Of a DNA stretch of 64,000 nt, positions 24,489-37,209 are shown piece after piece (the stretch's first letter is position 1; each line of letters begins with the position of its first letter). The position numbers and the translations under genes were made by a program. Source of the DNA: Octopus sinensis (Eukaryota). The stretch covers positions 20,274,001 to 20,338,000 of the forward strand of contig NC_043018.1 of NCBI RefSeq assembly GCF_006345805.1. Reading direction: 5' to 3'. A model generated the notes under the pieces. It was not told the origin of the DNA. It saw only the letters and a list, made by a program, of their open reading frames with translations, and did not search any database.

Positions 24489-24561
24489 CAAACACTTTTA
24501 AGATGATATAGATTACGATTATTTCGGAATTTAATATATATTAAAAAAAAAAAAAGTAATC

Positions 24562-24970
24562 GGCGCAGGAGTGGCTGTGTGGTAAGTAGCTTGCTAACCA
24601 ACCACATGGTTCCGGGTTCAGTCCCACTGCGTGGCATCTTGGGCAAGTGTCTTCTACTATAGCCCCGGGCCGACCAATGCCTTGTGAGTGGATTTGGTAG
24701 ATGGAAACTGAAAGAAGCCTGTCGTATATATGTATATGTATATATATGTATGTGTGTGTGTTTGTGTGTCTGTGTTTGTCCCCCAAGCATTACTTGACAA
24801 CCGATGCTGGTGTGTTTACGTCCCCGTCACTTAGCGGTTCGGCAAAAGAGACCGGTAGAATAAGTACTGGGCTTACAAAGAATAAGTCCCGGGGTCGATT
24901 TGCTCGACTAAAGGCGGTGCTCCAGCATGGCCGCAGTCGCATGACTGAAACGAGTAAAAGAGTAAAGAGT
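24562..24970 (+). mobile_element. Full-length family B SINE
   Basis: Complete head to GTAAAAGAG tail. Confidence 0.9.
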
Positions 24971-25489
24971 AATCGGTGACACACGTCACAAAAGGAAACT
25001 TGGAATTTTGAAAAACAATGTGATGTGTATAGGATTGCACACACCCATCAATTTTTTTTTTTCTCTTTTCCTGGCATTAATTCCGATATAATTATAATTT
25101 ACACAATCTGAAAGATATTTGTAGAAAATTGCATTAAAGACTGTTGATTATTTTGAAAGTTATAAGGAAACAAAAGTCGGCGTGGTTGGTCACGCTTGTA
25201 CAGTTTGGCCCGAGACAGTGTAGTAAAGGGAGGTAATTAGATATTTGCGGTAAGGGGGAATAACCCTAATCTGATTATCTCAAGAAATTAATAAGTTGAC
25301 GAAACCCCCGATCTGTATATTTGTCTTTCGTCTGATACTGGTTTAGGCCAGAGGCTGAGGCCATGCTGGAGCACTGCCTTTGAGTGTGTTTGGGTTTCCT
25401 CTCTCTACTGTTTCTAGAGAAGGAGCAAGTTGGACGGAGATGCTCTTCTTTGTGCCTCTTGCGACGACGTGGAATATTTCCTGGATTAT

Positions 25490-26330
25490 TATGGTTCCAG
25501 CTGGCAGACTCGTTAGCACACCGGGCGAAATTCTTAGCGGCATTTTGCTCTTCTTCACATTCTGGGTTCAAATTCCGCCGAGGTCGACTTTGCCTTTCAT
25601 CCTTTCAGGGTTGATAAAGTAAATACCAGTTGTGTACTGAGGTCGATGTAATCAATTCAACCCCTCACTCGAAATTGTTGACCTTGTGGCAAAATCTGAA
25701 ACCATTAAAACTGGCAGAAACGTTAGCAAGTCGGGCTAAATGCTTGGCGGTATTTCGTCTGCCGTTACGTTGTGAGTTCAAATTCCGCCGAGGTCGACTT
25801 TGCCTTTCATCCTTTCGGGGTCGATAAATTAAGCACCAGTTACGCACTGGGGTCGATGTAATCGACTTAATACCTATGTCTATCCTTGTTTGTCCCCTCT
25901 ATGTTTAGCCCCTTGTGGGTAGTAAAGAAATAGGTATTTCACCCGTCGCTACGTTCTGAGTTCAAATTCCGCTGAGGTCGACTTTGCCTTTCATCATCTC
26001 AGGGTCGATAAATTAAGTACCAGTTGCATACTAGGGTCGATCTAATCGACACATCCTCTCCCCCAAAATGTCTGCCCTTGTGGCAAAATTTGAAACCATT
26101 ATAATTATTATTACTATTATTATTATTAGTAGTAGTAGTAGTAGCAGTGTTAAGGTGGTGAACTGGCAGAACCATTAGCAAGCTGGGCAAAGTGCTTGGC
26201 GGCATTTCGTCCGTCTTTACATTTCTGCGTTCAGATTCCAGTGTAGTTGACTTTACTTTTCGTCCTTTCAGGGTCAATAAAATAAGTACCAGTTATGCAC
26301 TGAGGTCGTTGTAATCGACTTAAACTTCCC
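25490..26330 (+). mobile_element. Cluster or tandem of family A SINEs
   Basis: Four cores; one tail runs straight into an internal GGTATTTC site near 25932. Confidence 0.8.
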
Positions 26331-28275
26331 ACCCACACACAGACACATGAAACTGCCAGCCTAGGTATAAGTATTGGATTTATGGAGTACTTATTACACT
26401 TTGAAGATTTCATATTCCACCGCTTGCCCTGTTGGTTGGTTGGTTGGTAGATTGTTAATATCACTGGTATTCTTCATGAGTACCCTGTTAGCCAGATGTG
26501 ATGGGGGAGTGCTTCCAAGTTAATTACCATGATCATTACAGTCCAAACTACTTTGGGCTGTGTGGTAAGAAGCTTGCTTCCCAACCACATGGTTCTGGGT
26601 TCAGTCCCACTGCATGGTACCTTGGGCAAGTGTCTTCTATAGATTTTATGCGAATGGTATCAATATTTTCTTGTTAATTCTTTTTGGTTGAGTTCCTTCA
26701 TTTCTTCTTTATGGACATTTTCTAGAAAGATATTAAATTTTATGTTATAAATCATCATCATTCTTTTGACATGCTTGCATGGGTCAGACAGAATTTATAT
26801 ATGTATGTGCGTGTGTGTGTGTATATGTTTGTATGTATATGTATGTTTGTGTGTATATGTTTGTATATGTATGTGTGTGTATATGTTTGTGTGTCTGTGT
26901 TTGTTCCCACAACATCACTTGACAACTGATGCTGGTGTGCTTACGTCCCCGTAACTTAGCAGTTCGGCAAAAAAAGACCGGTAGAATAAGTACTAGGCTT
27001 CCAAAGAATAAGTCCTGGGGTTGATTTGCTCGACTTAAAGGCAGTGCTCCAGCATGGTCGCAGTCAAATGACTGAAACAAGTAAAAGCGAGAGAGAGAGA
27101 GAGGAAGTTATATGTAATGTGTGTAGTTTTGTTTATTCACAAACATTAATTTGATCTCCAGTTTGGTTTATACCCTTTGGTAACAGCACAGCACACGGTT
27201 GAATCTTTACTGATAGTCGAACAGCTATTCTGATGGGTCGTTAATAGATAATGTAATTATCTTCAGGTGGCGGTGGTGTTGATTTTTAAATGGTGAACAG
27301 TGGTGATTAATCAATACTGTTCACCAATTAAATAAATTCAGAAATTAAAATTAGACGATGTTAAAACATTTTTTGACGATGTCTGAAATGGAATTCCATT
27401 GTTGCAAAGACTTGTGCTGAGATTGAAGAGGAAATCTAATGTGCTGCCACTTAGACTTCCCAAACACTTTATGGTTTCAAAAGAGGTTTTGAGAGTGCTG
27501 CTCCATATTGGTTTTTAAAGAAAAAATCATGGTTTAAATTTGTGTAAACATGTCTCAAGTTCTGACTCAAAGTCTCACATGATTTCTTAATGGTCATGGT
27601 TGTGTGTACCTTAGTTTTGGGACTATGATATTATCTATTACTTGTTTCTGTCATTAGATTGTGGCCATGCTGGGGCAGTGCTTTGAAGAATTTTTTAGTG
27701 CCTTTTCTATTTTTAAGCCTGGTACTCGTGCTATTGGTCTCTTTTGCTGAACTGCTAAGTTACGGGGGCGTAAACACACCAACACTGGTTGTCAAGTAAT
27801 GGTAGACATACACGACAGGCTTCTCTCAGTTTCCATCTACCATATCAACTCACAAAGCTTTGGTTGGCCTGAGGCTCAAGTAGATGTTTGTCCAAAATAC
27901 CATGCAGTGGGACTGAACTCAGAACTATGTTTTTGGGAAGTAAACTTCTTACCACACAGCCATGCCAACACCAATTATGTGAATTTCTTTTCTCAAGATC
28001 TATTGCAGAGCTTCGATAGTCCACTTGCCCATGATATCATGGAATGGGGCTGAACCAGAAACCTTGTGGTCGGGAGCAAACTTTTTTTACCACACATCCA
28101 CACCTCTGCACAAATATACACACACATGTATGTTTGTGTGCGTCTATTTGCCCAGTACTTGACCACTGGTGTTGGTTTGTTTACACCCATGTAACTTAAC
28201 AGTTCAAGCAAAAGTGACCAATACAATAAGTACCAGGTTTAAGTAAGTCCTGGAGTTGATTTGTTCAACTATACC

Positions 28276-28510
28276 TATTTCTTTATTACCCACAAGGGGC
28301 TAAACATAGAAGGGACAAACAAGGACAGACATAGGTATTAAGTCGATAACATCGACCCCAGTGCGTAACTGGTACTTAATTTATCAACCCCGAAAGGATG
28401 AAAGGTAAAGTCGACCTCAGCGGAATTTGAACTCACAACGTAACAGCAGATGAAATACCGCTAAGCATTTCGCCCGGCGTGCTAACGATTCTGCCAGCTC
28501 GCCACCTTAA
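28276..28510 (-). mobile_element. Family A SINE inserted into a family B 3' module, 17-bp TSD
   Basis: ATTTGTTCAACTATACC at 28259-28275 and 28511-28527. Confidence 0.9.
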
Positions 28511-28677
28511 ATTTGTTCAACTATACCGTTGAAGGTGGTGCCCCAGTATGGCTCCAGTCCAGTGACTGAAACAAGTAAAAGATAGTGTTTCACAAACTTG
28601 CCTTTTTTAAGTATTGTACTGAGTGAAGGTTTAAATAATTTTCAGGGATGAGAATTGGAAGAATTTTCTCTTTACAG

Positions 28678-28802
28678 GAATTCTGCAACTTCGATGATTA
28701 CAATTGGGATTGGACTTTGCAGCATTTGAGTATGAAGTGTATCCCTGGTACTGTGAAGGTAATGAAAATGAAGGCCACTCGTGTATTTCATATGGGAACA
28801 TG
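28678..28802 (+). CDS. MGAT2: MGAT2 coding exon with the catalytic DDYNWDW motif, EFCNFDDYNWDWTLQHLSMKCIPGTVKVMKMKATRVFHMGT(C)
   Basis: Acceptor ttctctttacag, phase-2 donor gtgagt at 28803; matches human TFCTYDDYNWDWTLQYL...RIFHAGDC. Confidence 0.96.
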
Positions 28803-29086
28803 GTGAGTAGCAACGCCTTTTCTACGGTTCCTGCTATCAGAAAATATACATGTATTTATATGTGCATGCGTGTGTGTGTATATATAATAATAATATTGGG
28901 GAGTATGGCTCCAAACTTACAGGGAAAAATTAGATTTAGTATGAAATCAAATTTCACAGTATTTATTTATATTATTTGTTATTTATGTATTGGTTTATGT
29001 CTATCACTGTTTGAATTTGCATAATAGTGGTTTTATCTCTAATTCATATCATATATATATATATATACAAAGTATAGGGTTAGGGT

Positions 29087-29549
29087 TCACATCCCTACTT
29101 CTCAACATAGTCACCGTTTCTCTCAATAGCAATGGTCCACCTTCGAATGAGAGCATGTATCCCTGCCTCGTAAAAATTGACTGCTCTTTGAGCCACTTCT
29201 TCACTACAGTTTTCACTTCCTCATCACTAGAATAATTTAGTGCCTTCAGACTAGCATCTCTTTGGCACCATAAAAGAGGGTTTGAGAAGCAAACATTATT
29301 CCAGTGACGAGGAAGTGAAAACTGTAGTGAAGAAGTGGCTCAAAAAACAGTCAACAGAATTTTACAGGGCAGGGATACATGCTCTCATTCGAAGTTGGAA
29401 CATTGCTATTGAGAGAAACGGTGACTATGTTGAGAAGTAGGGATATGATCCACAGAGGACCAGCTTCATTTTGATGTATGATACATGTTCCTGTGTTGGT
29501 AATTATACCTGTCCTAAACAAAATGCCATTACTTTTTGACTCACCCTCG
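29087..29549 (+). mobile_element. Mariner 3' fragment with a head-to-head inverted partial copy
   Basis: Reads FGTIKEGLRSKHYSSDEEVKTVVKKWLKKQSTEFYRAGIHALIRSWNIAIERNGDYVEK*; TIR ...TTACTTTTTGACTCACCCTCG|TA; 29087-29236 is the reverse complement of about 29291-29448. Confidence 0.85.
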
Positions 29550-29639
29550 TATATATATATATAAGTTTCTTCTCCATTTTGCTTATATACATCACACAAC
29601 ATTCTGACACATGTACACACTTCTATCACCATCTTCTTG

Positions 29640-29990
29640 TCCCTCCAAATGTCACATCTAATTTCTTTTTTATTCTCTCACTCAGTGCAAAAATGAAAAT
29701 TATTTTCTTGTTTATGTTTATTGATTTCTTCAATTTTTCCTCACCTTTTTAACAGCGTCTACACCCATACCCTTGCACACAATATGGCTACACCTACACA
29801 CCAACCTCCCACTACTCCTCCACATTTGCACTTTCAACATACATTCTCCTCTCTTCTTCGCTCCCCTTCCTATATAAACCACATTCTTTTTCTACCTCTC
29901 TACTGAAGAAGGACTAACGTCCGAAATGTCAAGAGTCTTTACCTGTATTAAAGGTTTGGACTTATAAAACAATTGTTATAACCTTTGCCT
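29640..29990 (+). mobile_element. Probable Penelope-like terminal-repeat relic
   Basis: Pyrimidine-rich tract, CCTATATAAACC, then CTGAAGAAGGACTAACGTCCGAAA, the kind of hammerhead-like core known from Penelope-like termini. Confidence 0.5.
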
Positions 29991-30538
29991 GCCTCCATTA
30001 TTGTCTTCCTTTTGTTTAACATTTCTTCCACTGAAATATATATACATACATATATATACACCCTCTCTTGCATACTTCCATTCACATATTCATACACACA
30101 CGCACACACCTTCTCTTTTGCTCTCTTTTTCTCTCCTGCATTGTGTCTTTGACTTTCTGTCCCTCTCTCCTTTGTTTCTCTTTTCCTCTCCTTCTGTCCC
30201 TCTTTCTCTCCTTCTGTCCCTCTTTCCCTTTCTCCCCACCACCTCACTCTATTTGGTAGGTGGGGGTTTAAAGATGCAGTAGGTTTACTTACTCATATCC
30301 TGAGTTGGCAGAAACTGAAAAAAAAGTCTCTGCAATTGTCATTATTTCTTGCAATGAAATATTTTCTTTAGATGTTCATCAACAGAGATTTGGCTAACTT
30401 CAGAATCTACGCTAAATTCTTCAAAACAAATATATCACTACAATAACAGCAACATACTTTTGCCTCCCTGAATAATCTGAATGCTAAAGTGTTAATCATT
30501 GTCACATCATTGTTTTTTTTTTTCTTTTTCTTTTCTAG

Positions 30539-30794
30539 TGGTGTCCATCACAAAGGAAAGGTTTGTAGCCCAGAAGCAAAAAAGAAAGCAGTTGAAAAAC
30601 TATTGCTTGATAATAAACAAAACTTCTTCCCCAACGTTATCACAATGGCTGGTGTTTCTGGCTTACGTCTACGCGATCCGAAGCCAAACGGAGGCTGGGG
30701 AGACTACAGGGACAGACAACTGTGTTACAGTTTCATCCATAGAAACACTTCAGAATTGAGTTTTATTAAGAACCCTAATATCACAAGGTCTTAA
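30539..30794 (+). CDS. MGAT2: MGAT2 last coding exon, (C)GVHHKGKVCSPE...PKPNGGWGDYRDRQLCYSFIHRNTSELSFIKNPNITRS*
   Basis: Long poly-T acceptor ttttctag, frame matches the previous phase-2 donor, stop TAA at 30792-30794; matches human CGMHHKKTC...NGGWGDIRDHELC. Confidence 0.96.
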
Positions 30795-30887
30795 CGCTTC
30801 TCGGTTTTTGACATAGATTAAACAAATTTCTTCTTTTTTTTTTTTTCCTTTTGTTTCAAAATCTTGATAACATTGACCAAGCAATCC

Positions 30888-30893
30888 AATAAA
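30888..30893 (+). terminator. Candidate MGAT2 polyadenylation signal AATAAA (a second at 30990-30995)
   Basis: First AATAAA after the stop codon; actual use unknown. Confidence 0.35.
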
Positions 30894-31529
30894 TAACATT
30901 TACTGTCTTGTCATAAATTGAAGAAGAAGAAGAAGATGGATGGATGGATGGAACCAAACCATTTTGATTCTACAAAAACAAAGGAAAAAAATAAAAGAAA
31001 CGACAAGACGTACAGCGTGAAATGTGATCTCATCTAACTGACTCCATTTAACAGTTATGGTTGGTGCTACACAGTCGACACAACCATTTCCCTACAATTA
31101 CAGATACGGTAGAGACGAACAGACAGACGGACGGAAAGAAGGTGGCGTAGTCGTCTGAGATGTCTCTGCCCTTACTAAAAAAAAAACAAAAACAAACTGA
31201 ATTAACAGGTTTGGTTTCCACTGCTGAACTAAAACGACCTGCTGGAAACTGGAGTGTTAAGATCCTGTGATGTAATGTTAAAAAGAGAAAAAGGAAACAA
31301 AAACACACAACAAAAAAAAAAACAACTGTTGCCTGGCTGTTTTACCTTTTTTTTTTTTTTCTTTTCCCTAACTTCCAATGTTCTATTGCTTGCCAATAGA
31401 CCTAAACTGCTCATCATCTCAACTGGTGAAGTCTCATTCTTCTCGACTACTGCTCCGTTCTACCAAACATCCGCACATCATTGATAACCTGCCTTCTTAC
31501 TCTGTGATTATTATTATTATTATTATTAT

Positions 31530-31724
31530 TATGGTGACGAACTGGCAGAATCGTTAGCACGCCAGGCAAAATGCTTAGCAGTATTTCGTCCGTTGCTTCG
31601 TTCTGAGTTCAAATTCCACCAAGATCTATAAATTAAGTACCAGTGAAACATTGGGTGGGGGGGTCAATGTAATCAACTAGTCCCCTTCTCCCAAATTTCA
31701 GGCCTTGTACCTATAGTAGAAAGG

Positions 31725-31756
<32 letters not shown>

Positions 31757-33130
31757 GGTGGTGAGCTGGCAGAGCCATGAACATGCCAGATGAAATGCTT
31801 CGTGGTATTTCATCTGTCTCCACATTCTGGGTTCAAATTCTGCCAAGGTCGACTTTGCCTTTCAGGGTCGATTAAATAAGTACCCGTTATGCACTGGGGG
31901 TCGATGTAACCCCCTCCCCCATTAGTAATTATCGAGATGGCAAACTGGCAGAATCGTTAACGTGCCGCATAAAATGCTTAACGGTATTTCGTCCAGAGCT
32001 CAAATTCTGCCACGGTTGAGTTTGCTTTTCATCTCTTTCAGGGTCGATAAAATAAGTATCAGTCAAGCACTGGTGGGGAGGGGGGGTCAATGTAATTGAC
32101 TGGCCCACTCCCCTCAAAAACCTCAGGCCTTGTGCCTTCAGCAGAAATGATAATAATTACTATTATTATTATTATATTATTATTATTATGCTTAACGGTA
32201 TTTCGTCCGTCTGCACATTCTGAGTTCAAATTCCATCGAGGTTGATTTTGCCTTTTCCTTTCAGGGTGATGAAGTAAGTACCAGTTATACATTTGGGGCC
32301 AATGTAATCAACTTATTCCTTCCCCACAAAATTTCTGGCCTTGTGCCTTCAGTAGAAAGGTTTATTATTATTGGTTGTACACTGTCAATCTAACAAGAAC
32401 GTGACAGTAGGGGGTACACCACCGCTGTATAGCCCTAGGAATCATCGAACGCCTCCTGATAGCTTTGACACATTTTTCCCTGTGTCCTTATATACATAGG
32501 GAAAAATGTGTCAAAGCTATCAGGAGGCGTTCGATGCTTCCTAGGGCTATACAGCGGTGGTGTACCCCCTACTGTCACGTTCTTGTTAGAATGGTTGTAT
32601 ACTGTCAATCTATCGCCCCACCACCGTACATGTCTCTACGAGAGATTTAGAAATTCAATATTTCTTCTTCTTCTTCTTATTATTATTATTAATCAATAAT
32701 ACCACAGTGGTTTGGCAAAAATCAGATGGCGGAAACTGGAATAAAATGCCTTGCAGTATTCTCTAGGTTTTTTTTTTTTTTTGCCTTTTTTTTTTTTGGC
32801 CCCTTTACATTCTGAGTTTAAATCATGCCAGGGTCAACTTTGCCTTTCATTTCTCAACAGTTGATAAATACTTTTATTATGATTAATCTTATGATTATTA
32901 TTATTATTATTGAGGCGGTGAGCTGGCAGAATCGTTAGCACACTGGACAAAACGCTTTAGAGGCATTTTGTTCGGTTCTTTACGGTCTGAGTTCAAATCC
33001 TGCTGAGGTCAACTTTGCCTTTCATCCTTTCGAGGTCAACAAAGTAAAGTACCAGTCATGTACTAGGGGTCAGTGTAACCGACTTGTCCCCCACTCCACT
33101 TGAAAATTGCCGGCCTTGTGCCAAAATTTG
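31530..33130 (+). mobile_element. Dense cluster of family A SINEs (about 5-6 copies) separated by ATT tails
   Basis: Repeated heads GAGCTGGCAGAATCGTTAGC and cores. Confidence 0.8.
32372..32612. repeat. 97-bp near-perfect inverted repeat flanked by 21-bp direct repeats
   Basis: Arms 32389-32485 and 32494-32590, loop CCTTATAT; TGGTTGTA(C/T)ACTGTCAATCTA at 32372-32392 and 32592-32612. Confidence 0.9.
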
Positions 33131-33986
33131 AAACCATTATTTTTTTTTTTTTTCACTATTATTAATTTTATGACTTGATTTTATTCTTTCAATGTATTTT
33201 TTTTTTTTTCATTATTATTATTATTTTCCACCATATCTGCTGACTTCAATGGAATCAATTCTTTATCTGGCTGTGGAAAATCTCCCCTTAACTTTTTTTT
33301 TTTAATTTTTTCTTGCCAATGTCTTTTTCTAAAAAAAAAAAAAAAAACGAAAGAAAAAAACTATATTTTGGTCTGGCTTCATTTGATTGTGGGCGGTGAA
33401 ATTGCTAATAATAATAATAATAATAATAAAGAACCCAGTTAGAATTTTTTTTTTTTTTTTGTAAATTTGTCCTATCATATTCTGACCCCCGCCTGCCTCC
33501 TCCTCCTCCTCTCACCACCACTACCCAGCCACTTCCACCACTGCTAAACAACTGAGGCAAGACATCATTGCTACGCTAAAGCAAGCAGGCTATTCTGAAA
33601 AAAAAAAAATGGAATATCGCCATGATTTTTTAATGTCACACTTCTTGGGAGATGAGAGAGAGAAGGACAGAGAGAGAGAGGGTTGAAAAACAGAGTGAGA
33701 GAGAGTGGGAGAAACGAAGAAGAGAGAGATTCCTTTGTCTATTACATAAGGGACCCCCCCTAATGAAATTCTACAAGGCCAGAACGTGTTTCGGATCTTG
33801 TAGAATTTACTCCCAAAATTCAAGATGTCAGATATTTTTTTTTTTTAAGACCCCTACCAAATATTTACAAGGTGACCCCTTATAGACCCTCCTGATTAAA
33901 TATTTAAATGCAGTTCTAGAACCTACTCACCTCAACCCCTCCCCCCATCCTTATGTGACCCTTCTTCATACAATTCTACAATTTAA

Positions 33987-34204
33987 CCCTTTAGTATTCG
34001 GCCATATCCAGCCCAAATATTCTCCCTGTTCTTGTATGTTCAAACTGGTCGGATCCAGCCTCTCACACCTATCCGAGAGTGTCATTCTCAATATAAACAA
34101 TCACATCATTGAACTCTCAAAGCTAAAAGATAACACAGGGTTAATTGTAAACAAGGTGGATAAACAAGCATTATATTGGTCAGATAATCTGAATGCTAAA
34201 AGGG
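33987..34204. mobile_element. piggyBac-like MITE
   Basis: TTAA|CCCTTTAG ... CTAAAAGGG|TTAA; same family as 19591-19765 and 44328-44538, opposite orientation. Confidence 0.8.
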
Positions 34205-37104
34205 TTAAGGACTACATCAATGTTTGGGTCTCCTAATTTTATCCCTAATTTTTTTCCTGGAATTTACAAGAAATTTCCATCTCTGAAACCAAATTACTGG
34301 GCTGTTGCAATGTTTTACTGATCTATTACTAATAATGGTCCTAGAATCATAGAAAAATGTTATTAGATTAGACTAGTTCGTTAATGGTTCCAAGAGAAGC
34401 TATGCTTTTGACTAGTATGTATAATTGTGTCTTTCACTGGTTACTCTTACCGTGAGCAGATAAGGTTATCATGTCAAACTAATGAACAGCACTTTTGGTG
34501 CTTACTCTTGTCTGTCTTTAACGAGGAGCAACATTATTTATGTTTGCTAAGATTTTCATCTTGAAAACCATGAGAGGGAATAAGGAATGAAATGGTAACC
34601 TCGGTCATATTACACACACACACACATATATACATAAGCACAGGTACACACACTCTTACAGACACGTTTTTACTTTTATCTAATGTACATAGATATAAAC
34701 ATGTATACATTCACACACAAACATACATGCATGCAAACAAACACATACACACATTTTGTTTCAGTCATTTGACAGTGACCATGCCGGAGCACTGCCTTTA
34801 GTCAATCAAATCAACCCCAGGACTTATTCTTTGTAAGCCTAGTACTTATTATATCAGTCTCTTTTGCTGAACTGCTAAGTTACAGGGACGTAAACACACC
34901 AGCATTGGTTGTCAAGTGATGATGGGGGGATAAACACAGGCACACAATCATACACACATATATGATGGGCTTCTTTCAGTTTCCGTCTACCAAATCCACT
35001 CTCAAGGCTACAGTAGAAGACACTTGCCCAAGGTGCTTTGCAGTGGGACTGAACTTAGTCATGTGGTTGGTAAGCAAGCTACTTACCACACAGCCACTTT
35101 CATTATTCATTCACATATGGAATTGGTTAAAAGTGGAATGAAAGATTTTCTCTTTCCTTTCCCCATTCCTTAAATGAAAAATATATTTCATTCAGGGTCT
35201 TCCGAAACAAGAGTCTTTAAATTAATTAGCACAACATCATCATGACAACAACGATGATGATGGTGATAACAATTATAATTAACAACAAAGAGGGTGGCGG
35301 GGGGAATATTACTGGTGACAAAACAAGGTGATCGGAGGTGGGTATTAATAACCTATATTGAAATGAACTATTTAACCTGAGGTCATCTGACCTGGTTGAT
35401 AATTTTTTCTGAAAGCAGAGTATCAGTCTGTTGCCATCGTTAAGCAATTAGCTTATCTTTATACTAAAGCAGTCTGTCATTATCTTAACCTAACTTACCT
35501 TTATACAGATACAATCTACCTTGATTATTGTTGTTGTTGTTGGTGTGTATTTCTGATAAGAAATCCACTGATAAAGAAATGGAGTCGGGGGTGGGGTAGG
35601 AATTGTTCAGAGTAAACAAGTTGAACTGATGAGAGTAACCTTTACAATAAAGTCTATGAAATGTCATAACATTATAAGAGAGAGGCTGTCCTGAACAGTG
35701 ACCACCACCAATGACATTGCTGCTGCTGCTACTACTACTACAACCATTGTCTCTACTATAGCTAATAGTGTCCCACTTTTATTCAGATTCTATTTCCTTC
35801 CTAATTCCTTGTCGTTTTGTCTTCAGAAATGTCCTGTAGCAAACTGGCAGAATCGTCAGCATCGCAGACAATATGCTTTGAAGCATTTCATTTGTTTCTA
35901 ATATTCTGAGTTCAAATTCCACCAAGATCACCTTTCATCCTTGACATACAAGGACTCAAGCTTTGAGAGAACCTGGACGTGGTTGGCTAACTTGTTAGAA
36001 ACAGCAGCCAAACCTTCCTCACATCATAGTCCACTCTCTTGATAAGATTCGAAGACATTATACCTTAAACACAGATTGGATGGTCTTGGATGGAACCCTT
36101 TAGAACAACAAATTTATTCAATGAGGAGTGACCTGGGATTTAACAATAATAGCTACTCCAATTTAAATTCTGTTTAATTCATAACCTACACTGTTCAAAT
36201 ATATTGATAATCAAATATTATTCCCTACTTCGTTTGAGATTTCTCTTTTCCAGTTTATCGTCCTCATCATTTAACATCCAGTTCCCAAGTTAGCGTGGGT
36301 TGGGCAGTTTGGCAGGAACTGACAGTCAGAAGAATGTGCCAAGCCCTAGTGTCTGCTTTGACAAGATTTCTATGGCTGGATGTCCTTCATACTGCCAACC
36401 AACCACTTTACAGAGTGTAGTGGGTGCTTTTTATTTTGCACCAGCACCAGTGGGGTCACCAAGTAACTGACAAAGGCCAAAAACATGAAAAAAGAAAGAT
36501 CCCTTGACTGAGGGAAGGTTTGAGAGTCTAAACTATGATAGGGGGACAGAAACTGTCTAGCTGTGGTAGAGGTACATGGTTACCCAACGTTATATAAGGA
36601 TGGGTGGGAGCAGTTGGAAAGAATAGTTCAACCACAAGGTATGAGAAGGTGAAACAATAATTAAAGATTCTTCTTGCTGTCTTCATTGAAATATATTTAC
36701 TCTCATTGCACAGACCCCTAAATTGGTTTCTACAATGTTCTCTATAACAACGTTTGTAAATTCAGACTCCCCCATCCCTACTTTTGTTTTCTTTTGTGGT
36801 GGTGGTGGTGGTGATGAGAGAATAGGGGAGGAGGGAGGTTGGCTAAGACATTTCATTAGGGAAGGTGAAAGAAATTAATTTTTATTTTCCATATAATAAC
36901 TAAATTATAAACAATCCCAATCCGAAATATTCCAAAAGCTCCCTATTTACTAATTAAAGAAACATTTGAATTAATGATGTCACATCCCTGCCTTTATATA
37001 TCGTTGCTATTATGTTAAACTGTCGTATGTCCAAACTTGGCCAAATGCATTTAAAATTTTTTTTTTTTTTTTTTTGCTGCAATATTTAATTTTGCTTGCA
37101 ATAG

Positions 37105-37209
37105 CCGGTTCTTCTGGTCAAACTATCGTATCTCCAGCTGCTTTCGCATGCCAAGATATCAAAAATTGTCAAAGTGTAGTACAACGGTTTAGCATTTTGC
37201 AAAAGTGTA
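37105..37209 (+). CDS. Candidate exon of an unknown small Cys-rich protein, GSSGQTIVSPAAFACQDIKNCQSVVQRFSILQKC
   Basis: Poly-T tract plus TAG acceptor, GTAAGT donor at 37210, 105 nt phase 1-1, open frame, decayed paralogous copy at 45890-46077. Confidence 0.45.

Noticed and set aside
30298-30319. 22-nt minus-strand micro-exon with good splice sites
   Set aside because: Isolated, antisense within an MGAT2 intron; such matches are expected by chance in AT-rich DNA.
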